Source of the DNA: a virus
Taxonomy: Duplodnaviria; Caudoviricetes
DNA: 24,104 nt
IMG/VR virus record: IMGVR_UViG_3300025314_000100
Coordinates: 1-24,104 of that record
Strand: one strand, 5' to 3'
Shown here: piece after piece, positions 1 through 9,432 of the stretch
Layout: the number at the start of each line of letters is the position of its first letter
How positions within the stretch are numbered: position 1 is the first letter of the stretch
Made by a program: the position numbers and the translations under genes
Notes under the pieces: model-generated
Database searches by the model: none
The model's input: the letters and a program-made list of their open reading frames with translations, nothing else
Told to the model about the DNA's origin: nothing

Positions 1-9
1 CTTGGTTCT

Positions 10-1254
10 TCAAGCCGCGCTGACCTGCCGTACATCGCTTGCTCTGGCGATCCCGTTGCTGAACGTGATTGTTCGTAACGGGTCAAGGATCGATCCTCCC
101 CGCTTCAGATTGCAGGTCGTGATCGTCCTCGACGAATTGTCCTGCGAGGCATCCAGCAACCCCGCAACTTGAGCCGTCGTGATCGCACCGGATGACTTAT
201 GAATGAACGTACCGCCGTCCAAGTTTAATGTGGTCACCGTTGCCGTTCCAAGCAACGTCAACGTGCCGTCCGCGATCGTGACCGTCGTAACGTTGTCGCG
301 CATCGTCACGTTTCCGGCTTGAATCGTCAGCGTGCCCAACGGCGCTGTGAATCCCGGACCGGCTACTAGCGTGCCGTTAGTGACCTCCGCTGTCAGCAAC
401 GCCGCTGGTTCGCCGTTGAACGCCGATATCGATACGCTTCCGTCCTGCAACCGCAGGCTGTTACTCGCATGCGTGCCCTTCCACACGACCCCACCGATTC
501 CGACTTCGGCCGCCGAACCTGTCGATTCGATCAGCAGAGCCGTCTGGACCGACCCGCTATCTATCTTGATCCGGCCCGATCCCGACCCCTCTCCGTAGCC
601 GATCGTGACCGCGCTGCAATCGATGTCGAAATAGGTCAACCTGTATTCGGGATACCCGCTCGCATTGGTCGCTGGCAATCCAATGGTGCCGATGTAGCTG
701 CGTGCGACATTGCACGACGTCAGCGTGCCGCTGATTCCATCAAGGCCGTAGAGCACCGACACGTCCGAATTGTCGAACCACAGGTCATCGGCAGCGCCTG
801 GCACCCCGGTGGGCGACCAATTGTCCGCATCCGATGCGAAATTCGGACCCGTGGCCGCCGTCGCATTGGCCAGCGTCGCCGTCCCAGTGCCTGCCGTGAC
901 CTCTGTCACAGCCATGCCGCTATTCACATTCCAGGGCACCCCCGCCGTATCGCCCGTCAGCGTCACCACCGACCCGGACACCGTGGCCGTGATCTCAGAG
1001 TACTCCGTGAAATCCGGTCCACCTCCCGATGGCCGGACCGTGGCAGTTGTATCCGTGAAGGTCTCCCCTTCCCAAGCCTGTTTCAACGTCGTGGCCACCT
1101 GCGCCGTGGTTACCAATGTCCCGATCGTCACTAACAGGTCTTTTGCGTTAATCGTCACTGTGATCGTGTCGCCTGCCGCCCATGTCAGCGCAATCGTGAT
1201 CGTGTTGACCTCTGCCACAGCCCCGGCCCTGCCCAGCCATCGTTTGTTCGCCAT
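10..1254 (-). CDS. putative virion structural/adhesin-like protein with beta-strand-repeat (beta-helix-like) C-terminal half
   Basis: 414 aa, T/G/A/V-rich. Repeated 'T.T..GG' beta-strand units (TVTTLNLDGGT, VTTVTIADGT). SD GAGGTAGGAG lies upstream of the ATG. Confidence 0.55.
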   Translation of the reverse strand: MANKRWLGRAGAVAEVNTITIALTWAAGDTITVTINAKDLLVTIGTLVTTAQVATTLKQAWEGETFTDTTATVRPSGGGPDFTEYSEITATVSGSVVTLTGDTAGVPWNVNSGMAVTEVTAGTGTATLANATAATGPNFASDADNWSPTGVPGAADDLWFDNSDVSVLYGLDGISGTLTSCNVARSYIGTIGLPATNASGYPEYRLTYFDIDCSAVTIGYGEGSGSGRIKIDSGSVQTALLIESTGSAAEVGIGGVVWKGTHASNSLRLQDGSVSISAFNGEPAALLTAEVTNGTLVAGPGFTAPLGTLTIQAGNVTMRDNVTTVTIADGTLTLLGTATVTTLNLDGGTFIHKSSGAITTAQVAGLLDASQDNSSRTITTCNLKRGGSILDPLRTITFSNGIARASDVRQVSAA

Positions 1255-1320
1255 AAAGAACTCCTACCTCATAACCCGTTCGGGCGCAAAAAACTGGCCG
1301 CACATAACCCACCAGAGGGA

Positions 1321-1348
1321 CAAATCGGTCTCACCTGAGACCGATTTG
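1321..1348. promoter_or_regulatory. perfect 13-bp inverted repeat (operator or RNA hairpin)
   Basis: CAAATCGGTCTCA-CC-TGAGACCGATTTG in the intergenic gap between the HTH gene and the structural gene. Confidence 0.6.
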
Positions 1349-1387
1349 AAGCCAGAAGGGGGGGATCCCGATTATTTCGTCTTTAAT

Positions 1388-1627
1388 TCATCTCTCTAGC
1401 TTCTTGTAGTAGACCACTCCCAGCCATGCCTTGACCGTGCTTTCCCGCACAGCGAACTTGCCGGACGGCATCCGAACTGCCTCGAGCAACCCCTGTTGAA
1501 TCCACGCCATCACGGTTTGCGGCGACCGATTGAACATGTCCCCAGCCGCCTTGAGCGTCAACAGCGGGTCCTCTTCGTTCGTCTTCGCCTCGACTATCTT
1601 CCGCGAGAGTTCTTTACTTCCAGCCAT
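1388..1627 (-). CDS. excisionase/MerR-like HTH DNA-binding protein
   Basis: LLTLKAAGDMFNRSPQTVMAWIQQGLLEAVRMPSGKFAV matches the HTH_17/Xis-type winged HTH pattern. Starts 1 nt after the TerL stop. Confidence 0.8.
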   Translation of the reverse strand: MAGSKELSRKIVEAKTNEEDPLLTLKAAGDMFNRSPQTVMAWIQQGLLEAVRMPSGKFAVRESTVKAWLGVVYYKKLER

Positions 1628-1628
1628 G

Positions 1629-3167
1629 TTATGCCCCTATCTTTAACACGCCGCCCCACGATCCGCTGCGCTGCCGCACGTAGTTCGCCGCATAGCTGCA
1701 TACGTCTACTTGATCTGCCGTTTCGTCAGGTCGCCCAGTCCAGCCCAGCAATTCTGACTCGAATTCCGGCATCCATTTCGATGCCTTCGGTACCGTCTTC
1801 ACGTCCGGCAGCAGGAACTGCCCCGCCTGTAGCTGGGCCATCAGCCCCGAGTTGATCGCTCGCTCCTGCTTGGCACCCTTCACGTCTCCGACCCGGGCTG
1901 TGCGCATTCCTTCGATTACTGGGTTCACGAGCTCCGTTGTGGTTGCTCCCGATAACTCCGAGGCCAACACTTGCCCGTGGTGCGCGTTTTCCACCAGCGC
2001 TAACGGCACCGACCAGTCGGCCACGACCCGCTTGATCGCAGCCCGCAATTCATTCCACTCGACCCGATCCCGCCACACATACCGCAGGAAAATCAACTCC
2101 GCTGCCGGCCAATAATCCCACACCGCACATACGCTCCAGCTGGCCGACCGTCCCTTATCCTCGGCCGCCTTTTGCCGACTGGTGCCCGCTGTGTCGATCG
2201 TAGCAAATCGCTGGCACTCGCGCCGCTCGATCAGACCAGCCATCAATTCGCCCGACGGCGCAAGCAAAACCAAATGCTCGCCTCTGACGGTGTAATACCT
2301 CAGCCACTCCGGATCGATCAGTGACCCCTCCGTTACCGTCCAGTCGCCGTTTGCCAACCTGGCCGCTAGCAGCGGGCCAAGTTTGCTTCGCAACCGCCCG
2401 ATGTACTCCTCAACCTCGAGAGACGGGTTATCCGCCACTCTCGAGGGCACAAATACCGCGCCGCACGGTGCCCGGAACCGCAGCCCTGGCGGACTCGGGT
2501 CGTAGGCCGTGTATTGCTTGAGGGCTTCCATGGCTTCCGGCGTAATGAACCGCCTTTTCACCCAGCCTGCACCCGTCGGGTTGGCAGCGCAACGGATCCC
2601 ACACGGGATCGGGTAATCCACCGTCCGCCTCAGTCGAGACCACATGTGCTCATACTGGGTCTCGCTGAATTGCTCGACCTGGTCAAAACAAATTCGGTGA
2701 AATTCGGGGCCGTCATAGGAAAACTTGTCCTTTTCCCGCTGCATGTGGCCGAACCGGATCATCGCTCCGTTGTCGAACACCCACCAGCGTTTCGACGCAT
2801 TGAACCGGCCACCAATCGGCGAGAAAAACCTCCAGGAACGCTCGACTGGCGTCGTCGGCGAACCCTCCAATTGGGTGAATGTCCTACGTAGGAACAGGCC
2901 TGAAAAATCCTTGTATCGCACTCCTTGCTGCAGCCATCGCAACAACGCCTCCGTCTTTCCACCACCCACCGCACCGCCAAATAACACCTCTTCGTCGTCC
3001 AATGCTAGGAATTCAGCCTGCCTCGGGTGATTAACCTGCCTGGCCGTTTCCGTTATTTCCAGGTGGCCTGCCAGTCTCGAGAGATACTCCGCGCTTGGCG
3101 AGTTCTCCAAGGATCTCAGCGCGGAGACCAGCAGCTCGCTGCTCAGATGTGATAGAGGACTGGTCAT
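1629..3167 (-). CDS. terL: terminase large subunit
   Basis: HPRQAEFL Q-motif, Walker A GGAVGGGKT, Walker B-like ICFDQVEQ, motif C AANP, nuclease-domain motifs IDTAG, LVEN and DQVD. Confidence 0.93.
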   Translation of the reverse strand: MTSPLSHLSSELLVSALRSLENSPSAEYLSRLAGHLEITETARQVNHPRQAEFLALDDEEVLFGGAVGGGKTEALLRWLQQGVRYKDFSGLFLRRTFTQLEGSPTTPVERSWRFFSPIGGRFNASKRWWVFDNGAMIRFGHMQREKDKFSYDGPEFHRICFDQVEQFSETQYEHMWSRLRRTVDYPIPCGIRCAANPTGAGWVKRRFITPEAMEALKQYTAYDPSPPGLRFRAPCGAVFVPSRVADNPSLEVEEYIGRLRSKLGPLLAARLANGDWTVTEGSLIDPEWLRYYTVRGEHLVLLAPSGELMAGLIERRECQRFATIDTAGTSRQKAAEDKGRSASWSVCAVWDYWPAAELIFLRYVWRDRVEWNELRAAIKRVVADWSVPLALVENAHHGQVLASELSGATTTELVNPVIEGMRTARVGDVKGAKQERAINSGLMAQLQAGQFLLPDVKTVPKASKWMPEFESELLGWTGRPDETADQVDVCSYAANYVRQRSGSWGGVLKIGA

Positions 3168-3564
3168 CCGTTTTCGCCGCCTCCGGGTGCATCGCGACGT
3201 ACATTTCGGCTTGCGAGATCTCCAACGCCAACAGCTTGTCGATACGCTCCTGTGCCTTTATCTTGTCCCGGTTGCTGGCCTTCGGTTCCGCGATTATCGC
3301 CCTGTATAAAGCCAGCGATTCTGCCCGCAATTCCGTCTTCGCTCGGGCGATTTCCGCCAGCATGATGGTCCGCGCGCGACTGAGGTATTGGTCCTTTACC
3401 GTTTTCGTCGCGCAGCCGAACTTTTGTGCCACGGCCCGAGCTATCACCGATGGGCGCTGACCCTTGGCCAACAACTGGTAGGTCAGCTCTATTCGCTGAT
3501 CGTACTCTATCCTAGTCGGCTTTCTGCCCTTTCGCTTGTCTTCTGCCATGGGATTGCGGTCCAT
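3031..3564 (-). CDS. putative terminase small subunit (N-terminal HTH); true start may be ATG 3549
   Basis: Directly upstream of TerL. HTH-like segment (LLAKGQRPSVIARAVAQKFGCATKTVKDQYLSRAR) followed by a helical 'KAQERIDKLLAL' region. Confidence 0.7.
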   Translation of the reverse strand: MDRNPMAEDKRKGRKPTRIEYDQRIELTYQLLAKGQRPSVIARAVAQKFGCATKTVKDQYLSRARTIMLAEIARAKTELRAESLALYRAIIAEPKASNRDKIKAQERIDKLLALEISQAEMYVAMHPEAAKTDDQSSITSEQRAAGLRAEILGELAKRGVSLETGRPPGNNGNGQAG

Positions 3565-3629
3565 TTACAGGGTCTTTGGCCGAGTATCGCGTTCGACTTC
3601 CTGCATAAATTGCCGTCCTTTGCGTCCGT

Positions 3630-3872
3630 TCACATCAACTCATCTACGCGGCACGGCATGAATTCCGCACACCACTGGGTGCTTTGCACCGTGGGAAAAG
3701 TCGTAAGAATCTGGACGCCCTGCGCACCCATTGGCACAACCACTACCTGCGGCGGGAATCTGCAGCACAAGCCGACTTTCGCGCCCAGGTCTCGCGGATT
3801 TGGCTGCGACTTGTACCAATTGCACTTTATACATTGGGCTTCGATTTCTGCCTCGCCGTTGTTTTCGGACAT
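3630..3872 (-). CDS. small Cys-rich phage protein (CxxC...CCRFPP...WCAEF)
   Basis: Start reassigned to ATG 3872 (MSENNG, 80 aa) to avoid overlap with the upstream gene. The metal-binding Cys pattern is common in small phage proteins. Confidence 0.7.
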   Translation of the reverse strand: MSENNGEAEIEAQCIKCNWYKSQPNPRDLGAKVGLCCRFPPQVVVVPMGAQGVQILTTFPTVQSTQWCAEFMPCRVDELM

Positions 3873-3882
3873 GTTTTTACCG

Positions 3883-4212
3883 CTACTTAAGACTTTCCAT
3901 CCCGTGTAACGTAAACGTGACCGCGTTGGCTGTGGCCGACGACACCGCGATATTCCCGGCGTCCTCATTCATCGGTCCAATCCCGAGTCGCAGCGTGGCC
4001 TTGGCCGCGATCTGCAAATCGAAATACAACGCTGTCGCGGCCGAGTACGTTGTCCCGTCGTGGTCCTGATACACTCGGAGCGTGTCTGCGCTCGCCGTCG
4101 TGTTGACGCAGGTCAGCGTCATATTTGAAGTTTCCACCCCGGCGGCCGGCGAGTAAATGGACGTAGCTGTCCCGGCTGCCGTCTGCGTCTGACCGAGTTG
4201 TTTTTGTGACAT
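3883..4212 (-). CDS. small beta-rich putative virion protein
   Basis: 109 aa, T/A-rich (LGQ...TSIYSP...CVNTT...LRVY). SD AAGGAG at the end of the upstream gene. Confidence 0.6.
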   Translation of the reverse strand: MSQKQLGQTQTAAGTATSIYSPAAGVETSNMTLTCVNTTASADTLRVYQDHDGTTYSAATALYFDLQIAAKATLRLGIGPMNEDAGNIAVSSATANAVTFTLHGMESLK

Positions 4213-4214
4213 TT

Positions 4215-4541
4215 CTACTCCTTAACCAATAGAGCCGGAACCTCTCGACCCAGGATCCACAACGCCGATGCGCGATGCATTCCATTTACCGGGAACCAAT
4301 CTCCGTCGCGTACCTGTATCTCGTCTCCCGGTTCTGGATTGAATGGTTCTCGGCGAAATCGATCAATCCACTTGAACATCCGCACAACTTCGTTCCACTC
4401 GACACGGTAATCTGGTGACGGCCTCGGCAGGTCCAGATCATTCAGCAACGCCCCAGTATGGAGCAAATCACGACAAGCCCTCCAAAACGGCACGGCCCGC
4501 TTGTCCAGAGTCAGGTCCGGTATGATCTCGAGTACGATCAC
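4215..4541 (-). CDS. hypothetical protein with ParB/Srx-like 'NGMHRASA' motif
   Basis: The C-terminal FPVNGMHRASALWILGREVPALLV resembles the ParB-N DGxHR motif. 4-nt overlap with the upstream gene. Confidence 0.5.
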   Translation of the reverse strand: MIVLEIIPDLTLDKRAVPFWRACRDLLHTGALLNDLDLPRPSPDYRVEWNEVVRMFKWIDRFRREPFNPEPGDEIQVRDGDWFPVNGMHRASALWILGREVPALLVKE

Positions 4542-7225
4542 GCATTTACCGCATTGTTTACCCGTTCGATGAAAATCAACGAGGCGTATTCCGGCGTGTG
4601 GTCCGCCGGGTCCATGTAGCTCGACGATGTGATGTGCACCAATCCCGAAGCGGTCCCGCCCTCCGGATACGCTGGCTCAATGTTCACCGTGTGTGTCAGA
4701 GGTCCCCACGCGCCGGCCAACAAGCAAACCAAGTCTGGTTCAACCGGATCGCCGGTGCAACCGACCCGGCGAGCCTGATCAGGAGTCCAAGCTTCATAAT
4801 CCGCTTTCCAACCCAACGACGGCGTGTCCAGATTGATCGGATGATTGTGGCGCAATTGCGCAACTGTGTGATTATCTACCGAGGCCTCATGGGTGTGATC
4901 GAGCGCCACCGCAAGCTCAAATTGACTGTGCCCTTCTACGAACACGAATAAATTATGCCAGTGTTCCTTATTTCCGCCCTGTTCGCCGGCGCTAAGCGAT
5001 CCCCTCACAAACCGATCGATCAGGCTGATCCCGCTGCCATGGGCGACCGCCGAATTGGCCGATCCGTCCATCACCTCCCAACCTGGCGGGATGGCCGCGA
5101 CCGACCCTGACCACATCTTCACCGTCCCGATCTTGTCGTCCAAATAGTCCGACACGCAGACAAACTTGCCATCCTGCCCCAAGCGCGCGGCGATCACATC
5201 ACCCGTGACCACGTTCGGATCCATCTCCGCGACCTGGGGCAGGTAGATAGTCTTAGTCACCCCCGTGTCCACATTGATGCCGTCAACATCTTCCGCCGGA
5301 TTGCAGAGGACCGTATCCGCGAACGTCTCGATTCTCCAGTTCTCGCTCGCCTTGAAGTAAAACGTCTCCTGATCCTTCGCGGCCAAATACAGAGGTCTTG
5401 CCACGCCATCCGTTGGCGTGAAGTCGAACCCGGCCGAATAGGCAACGAACTTGCCACCGTGCGTCAGGAAGTACGGATCGGCCGCGGCATCCGAGCCGAG
5501 AAACGCGAACCACCCCGCCGTCCCCAGTGTGTTCGTTCCATCGCCGCACAACTCTCCACTTACCTGGGCCGGGGTGACCAGGTTGGCGTCCCACACACAG
5601 ACCGGGGTGCCTCCGGCGGTTTCCTCGCTCGCTTGGCCTCGACCATCCGGTGTGCCGGCGACCTGGATCATGAACTGCGGTTGTGCCGACCCGGCTTCAC
5701 CCTTCCGCACCAAGTAAACCGGTCTGGTCGAGCCCCCGCTTGTCGCGATTCCGTACAACCGCGCGATGAGTCTGTCCTTCTGTTTCAGCTGGACGATCGC
5801 TGATTCGCTCACCCCCGACAGGTCGGACGGCCGGATCCAACATGCCTCGAGCGTGTCATAGCCAACAGCCGTCCACCGGATCACAAAACCAGGAAACAGG
5901 CCGTCCACATTGGCCGTCAAGTCCGCGCCCGTCGCGCTTGCCCCATCATCCACCTGTACCAACTGTGCCACGCGCGGATGCACTGGGTAGGAAGGCCTGG
6001 ACAGGTCCAGCGTGGCCAGGTGCTCGTCAACGGTCTTGTCGCGCTGCGCTATGCGCTCCGTGATCGGCCGCCGTACGATTTCTGTGACCAGCCCTCCACC
6101 GTCCCCATAGTCACGCCAAATCAATTCCGAGATTTCGGCCCCTGGAATGATTGTCTTGACAAGGCCCGAATACGTGCGCCGCAGGCGCTCCTCCGAGACA
6201 TCTATTCGACGCACGATATTCAGGCCAATCTCGTTTGCGCGTGTCTGCAGCGCAGCTGAGTTCGTGTTTAGGTTCGTGTAATCGAACAACGCTGGCAGAT
6301 CGTCCCACACCGACACGATGGTGCCCGCCTGCGCGCCAGCGATAGCCGTCGCGTAGTCCTTCGACACAGCGGGACTCATCTCCCAGTTGTCGACTAAAGG
6401 CGTGTCCATCTCAATGCCGTGGTACGTCTCGCGGCGCGCGAAGAACACCCGAATCTTTTCCGGCATGTTGGCAAGCTGATAATTCTCCTGGGGATCGTAA
6501 TCGTAAAGTTTCCTGTCTTCTATCCGATCCAACGCGGCCAGCAATCCTGTTTGCGCAACGCCCAACTGAACGTAGGTGAACACATCCAATATCGGATCGT
6601 AAACCGTCGTGCAGCCGATCTTTTCCAAAACTACATGCAGCCCACGCCATGCGCTAACACCGATGAACCGCCAACCCTCCGGCGTGCCGTCCGGCGTGTA
6701 CGGCAGCGCTGGTGCCGTGCCAGCCACCGTTGACGGCAGACTGGCCCATAGGTTTGTGGCCAATGTTTGCCACGTCCAAACTGACCCGCTGTTCAACGAT
6801 GCCGTGTAATACAAACCCGTCCCCGATGTGGTGCTCGGCGCTGGGATCCGTACGTTGTACTGGGCGTTGATCGAGGAATACTGAAGTTGACGCCGTTTGT
6901 CCTCAAGGTATACCAGCCGCGGGGCTCGAGCGTCGCCTGCCACCGATTGGCTCATTGTCGAAGATTTGACGATGGACAGGTTTTCGATATCGATGATCGT
7001 CTTTCCGTCAACGAAACGCAGCGTGTGGAATTCGTTGCGGCCGAGCTCGTCCAGCAACTTCCTGGTCATCAGTACCCACGCCTGGCCAGGCTTCTCTCCC
7101 CGGCCGCACGTGTAGCTGTTGGCTCGTTGCCAGAAATCCGTAGGCGTCCTGTTGGTTATCGCGTATTCGTAGACCTCGCGCGGGTGCGTCAGCCTCTTGC
7201 CACCCAGCTCAGCGTAGATCGCCAC
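4538..7225 (-). CDS. large tail/baseplate-associated protein with tail-collar domain and His-rich fibre-like C-terminus
   Basis: 895 aa. IGTVKMWSGSVAAIPPGWEVMDGS...LIDRFVRG is a phage tail-collar signature, followed by HxH repeats and a terminal 'PEYASLIFIERV'. Confidence 0.7.
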   Translation of the reverse strand: MAIYAELGGKRLTHPREVYEYAITNRTPTDFWQRANSYTCGRGEKPGQAWVLMTRKLLDELGRNEFHTLRFVDGKTIIDIENLSIVKSSTMSQSVAGDARAPRLVYLEDKRRQLQYSSINAQYNVRIPAPSTTSGTGLYYTASLNSGSVWTWQTLATNLWASLPSTVAGTAPALPYTPDGTPEGWRFIGVSAWRGLHVVLEKIGCTTVYDPILDVFTYVQLGVAQTGLLAALDRIEDRKLYDYDPQENYQLANMPEKIRVFFARRETYHGIEMDTPLVDNWEMSPAVSKDYATAIAGAQAGTIVSVWDDLPALFDYTNLNTNSAALQTRANEIGLNIVRRIDVSEERLRRTYSGLVKTIIPGAEISELIWRDYGDGGGLVTEIVRRPITERIAQRDKTVDEHLATLDLSRPSYPVHPRVAQLVQVDDGASATGADLTANVDGLFPGFVIRWTAVGYDTLEACWIRPSDLSGVSESAIVQLKQKDRLIARLYGIATSGGSTRPVYLVRKGEAGSAQPQFMIQVAGTPDGRGQASEETAGGTPVCVWDANLVTPAQVSGELCGDGTNTLGTAGWFAFLGSDAAADPYFLTHGGKFVAYSAGFDFTPTDGVARPLYLAAKDQETFYFKASENWRIETFADTVLCNPAEDVDGINVDTGVTKTIYLPQVAEMDPNVVTGDVIAARLGQDGKFVCVSDYLDDKIGTVKMWSGSVAAIPPGWEVMDGSANSAVAHGSGISLIDRFVRGSLSAGEQGGNKEHWHNLFVFVEGHSQFELAVALDHTHEASVDNHTVAQLRHNHPINLDTPSLGWKADYEAWTPDQARRVGCTGDPVEPDLVCLLAGAWGPLTHTVNIEPAYPEGGTASGLVHITSSSYMDPADHTPEYASLIFIERVNNAVNA

Positions 7226-8253
7226 TACCTGCGCCTCCCACCCACGAAATCAGACTCCGGACGAAAAGGGATAAACTCCAACCTCCACTCCGGGACCAGC
7301 GGCGGCTGCCCGGTACGATCCCACATGCGGGCCTCCTGGACGCCCTTCCTGGCAGCAGCCTCAACCGTCAGTAGATTCACCCCGCAACGACACTGATAGC
7401 GCCACGGCGGCGTGAAAAACTGCCACATCGGATCGTCGCGCCGATAGATGCCGGTCCCGGACAAACCGAGGCTTGCTAGCGCCAAGTGATCCGGGCCAAC
7501 CCTCGTGTCGCGGATTGGCAGGTACTCCTGGTACGGGAAGATCTCGCGCACCACCGGGTTGTCAGCCAACTCGTCGTATGCCTCGTGGAATCCGGCCTGA
7601 ATGTTCGTCCGGTAGACGTTCTCTAGGTGGCCCGGGCCGATGAAACTGGACTGCAGCGACTCGCCCAGATTCTTCTCGAACGTCTCGAGCGATGCCCCTT
7701 CCTGAATGGTCTCGACCAACGTGTCCCGGATCCGGCCGATCACCTCGTCCGACTGCTCTTTGGCCATCGTGAACGCCCTGGACCTGGCATCCCTGCCCAA
7801 CTGGTCGAATTCGTCCCTCGTGACGATATTCCGCTCCGCAAGGGCCTCCGCTGCCCTCTCAATGACCGGGAATCTCACTATCGGCTCATTTCCCTCCGGA
7901 CCGCCCGTCAGCGTCTCAAACGAAACTGGAGGTCTTGGGGGGCCCTCGATCGCATCAAGGGCCAGAGCTGGCAATTGTGATATGACCTGGTCAGCACCAG
8001 CCACCCAGGCGATTATCTCAGCATCTGCCGCGGTCTCGCCAAGGCTAGGCTCCAGGTCGTCCAGCAGCGACCGAGCCGTCAAAAGAAAGGTATCGACTGG
8101 CTGCCCAAGTCCGATATTCGTCAGCTCGTAAAGCAGGACTCTACGGTAATCCGACGCAATAGTCTCTGCCGCCAGCAACGATCGGCCAATAATCGTTTCG
8201 ACCACCTTGCGTCGAGCATCGGGCATGTTTGGATCATCTGGTATGGCCCCCAA
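7225..8253 (-). CDS. minor head morphogenesis protein (Mu gpF / SPP1 gp7 family)
   Basis: RAFTMA...LENVYRTNIQAGF...PYQEY...DTRVGPDH...PPWRYQCRC motifs. Confidence 0.9.
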   Translation of the reverse strand: MGAIPDDPNMPDARRKVVETIIGRSLLAAETIASDYRRVLLYELTNIGLGQPVDTFLLTARSLLDDLEPSLGETAADAEIIAWVAGADQVISQLPALALDAIEGPPRPPVSFETLTGGPEGNEPIVRFPVIERAAEALAERNIVTRDEFDQLGRDARSRAFTMAKEQSDEVIGRIRDTLVETIQEGASLETFEKNLGESLQSSFIGPGHLENVYRTNIQAGFHEAYDELADNPVVREIFPYQEYLPIRDTRVGPDHLALASLGLSGTGIYRRDDPMWQFFTPPWRYQCRCGVNLLTVEAAARKGVQEARMWDRTGQPPLVPEWRLEFIPFRPESDFVGGRRR

Positions 8254-8446
8254 GCTCTACCAGGTAAATTTCAGTGGCCCGTTGCCACCGTGTCGCCGGG
8301 GGCTCGTGTGCCACCATGGTAACCGCTTGATCCCATTCCGGCAAATCGGCGACCCAGCATGGCCTATCGCGGCCCTTGTCCATTTGCTCCCTCGCAACGC
8401 TGGCGAGGGCCCTGATGCGCTTTGCCTCCTGTGGGCTGATCGTCAC
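8234..8446 (-). CDS. hypothetical protein (~70 aa)
   Basis: GTG start overlaps the TGA of the upstream gene (GTGA coupling). Fills the gap before the MuF gene. Confidence 0.55.
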   Translation of the reverse strand: MTISPQEAKRIRALASVAREQMDKGRDRPCWVADLPEWDQAVTMVAHEPPATRWQRATEIYLVELGGHTR

Positions 8447-8643
8447 TTGATCCGGCCGCCCATCTGCTTGTAGATGTGAGTCACGACCGCGTAGAAATCC
8501 TCGGCCGGTGAGTCTTTTGCAGCCTTCTTGGCCTCTTCCCAAATTCCCTCATTTACAACCCACGACGGCGGGTTTCTCTTGAAGTCCTCGGCCTGACGCT
8601 TGGCATCCTTTCCATACAATCGATCGTCACTTGTCAATTCCAC
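8443..8643 (-). CDS. small phage protein (NPPSWV...WEEAKKAA...YAVVTHIYKQMGG)
   Basis: 66 aa, protein-like helical composition, tightly packed between neighbouring genes. Confidence 0.7.
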   Translation of the reverse strand: MELTSDDRLYGKDAKRQAEDFKRNPPSWVVNEGIWEEAKKAAKDSPAEDFYAVVTHIYKQMGGRIK

Positions 8644-8655
8644 AATACGATCCCT

Positions 8656-8871
8656 TCAAAAAATGAACTCTGCAATAACGCCAACCGCTTCCCGGACCGA
8701 CAGCCAAATCGGGTGCCGGTCGCCGTGGATCCACTTTACGGCGAGTGCGCCAATCAGGATACCCGACAATCCACCCGTGATCACTTGAAATCCGATCGCT
8801 GCCCGCATCCATAGCGGCATCGATCTGGTCCGATTCTTGTGTGCACGCAAAACTCTTAGATCATTTGCCAT
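8656..8871 (-). CDS. small single-pass membrane protein
   Basis: Start reassigned to ATG 8871 (MANDLR, 71 aa) with SD GAGGG. Hydrophobic stretch IGFQVITGGLSGILIGALAVKWI. Confidence 0.6.
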   Translation of the reverse strand: MANDLRVLRAHKNRTRSMPLWMRAAIGFQVITGGLSGILIGALAVKWIHGDRHPIWLSVREAVGVIAEFIF

Positions 8872-9431
8872 GTATCCCTCACCGGAACTACTTGGCCGCT
8901 GATACCGTTCACTACGTACTTGTATTTCTGCAAGAAACTGCAAAGGTCCCTCTCCAACCGGACATCGTCCATGCAATACTCGACCAACCTGGGCCAATTC
9001 CCCTCCTGCCACAACTTCGGTGCATCGGCGCCGTGGCCACTTTTCCCTACTCCCAATGTTCCCTTGCAAACGACGTCCAGACCCCACCCGGCATGCCGAC
9101 TGCTGAACGAATGCGGATCTAGCCGAAGCGCCGACCAAATCCGCATCAGCAAATCGTCTGTCTTCGATCGCAAATCCTCAACTCGCTCTCGGGACGGCAG
9201 GCCCCAAATCACCGGGAAATCAAACTTCCAGATGTTGTACCCGCTGATCCGGTCAGCCTTCAGGATTCGATCCTTTAGGGCCTCAACATCATTGGGCCCA
9301 TAGATTCGGTATCGGTCCGTGGTGAATTCATAAACCACAGCGCACGATACGCCCATCTGGTCGGTGTTGTTCCACCCTCCGACTTGCTCGATTGTCTTTT
9401 GGATTTCGACGTCAACAACGATGTGGTCCAC
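8856..9431 (-). CDS. RNase H-like (DEDD/RNase_H_2-type) 3'-5' exonuclease
   Basis: ExoI VVDVEIQ, ExoII GYNIWKFD, ExoIII YCMDDV. GTG start at 9431 with SD GGAGG. Confidence 0.85.
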   Translation of the reverse strand: MDHIVVDVEIQKTIEQVGGWNNTDQMGVSCAVVYEFTTDRYRIYGPNDVEALKDRILKADRISGYNIWKFDFPVIWGLPSRERVEDLRSKTDDLLMRIWSALRLDPHSFSSRHAGWGLDVVCKGTLGVGKSGHGADAPKLWQEGNWPRLVEYCMDDVRLERDLCSFLQKYKYVVNGISGQVVPVRDTWQMI

Positions 9432-9432
9432 A

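Noticed and set aside
4538-5200. Diversity-generating retroelement target at the tail protein C-terminus
   Set aside because: No reverse transcriptase and no template/variable repeat pair is visible in the window.
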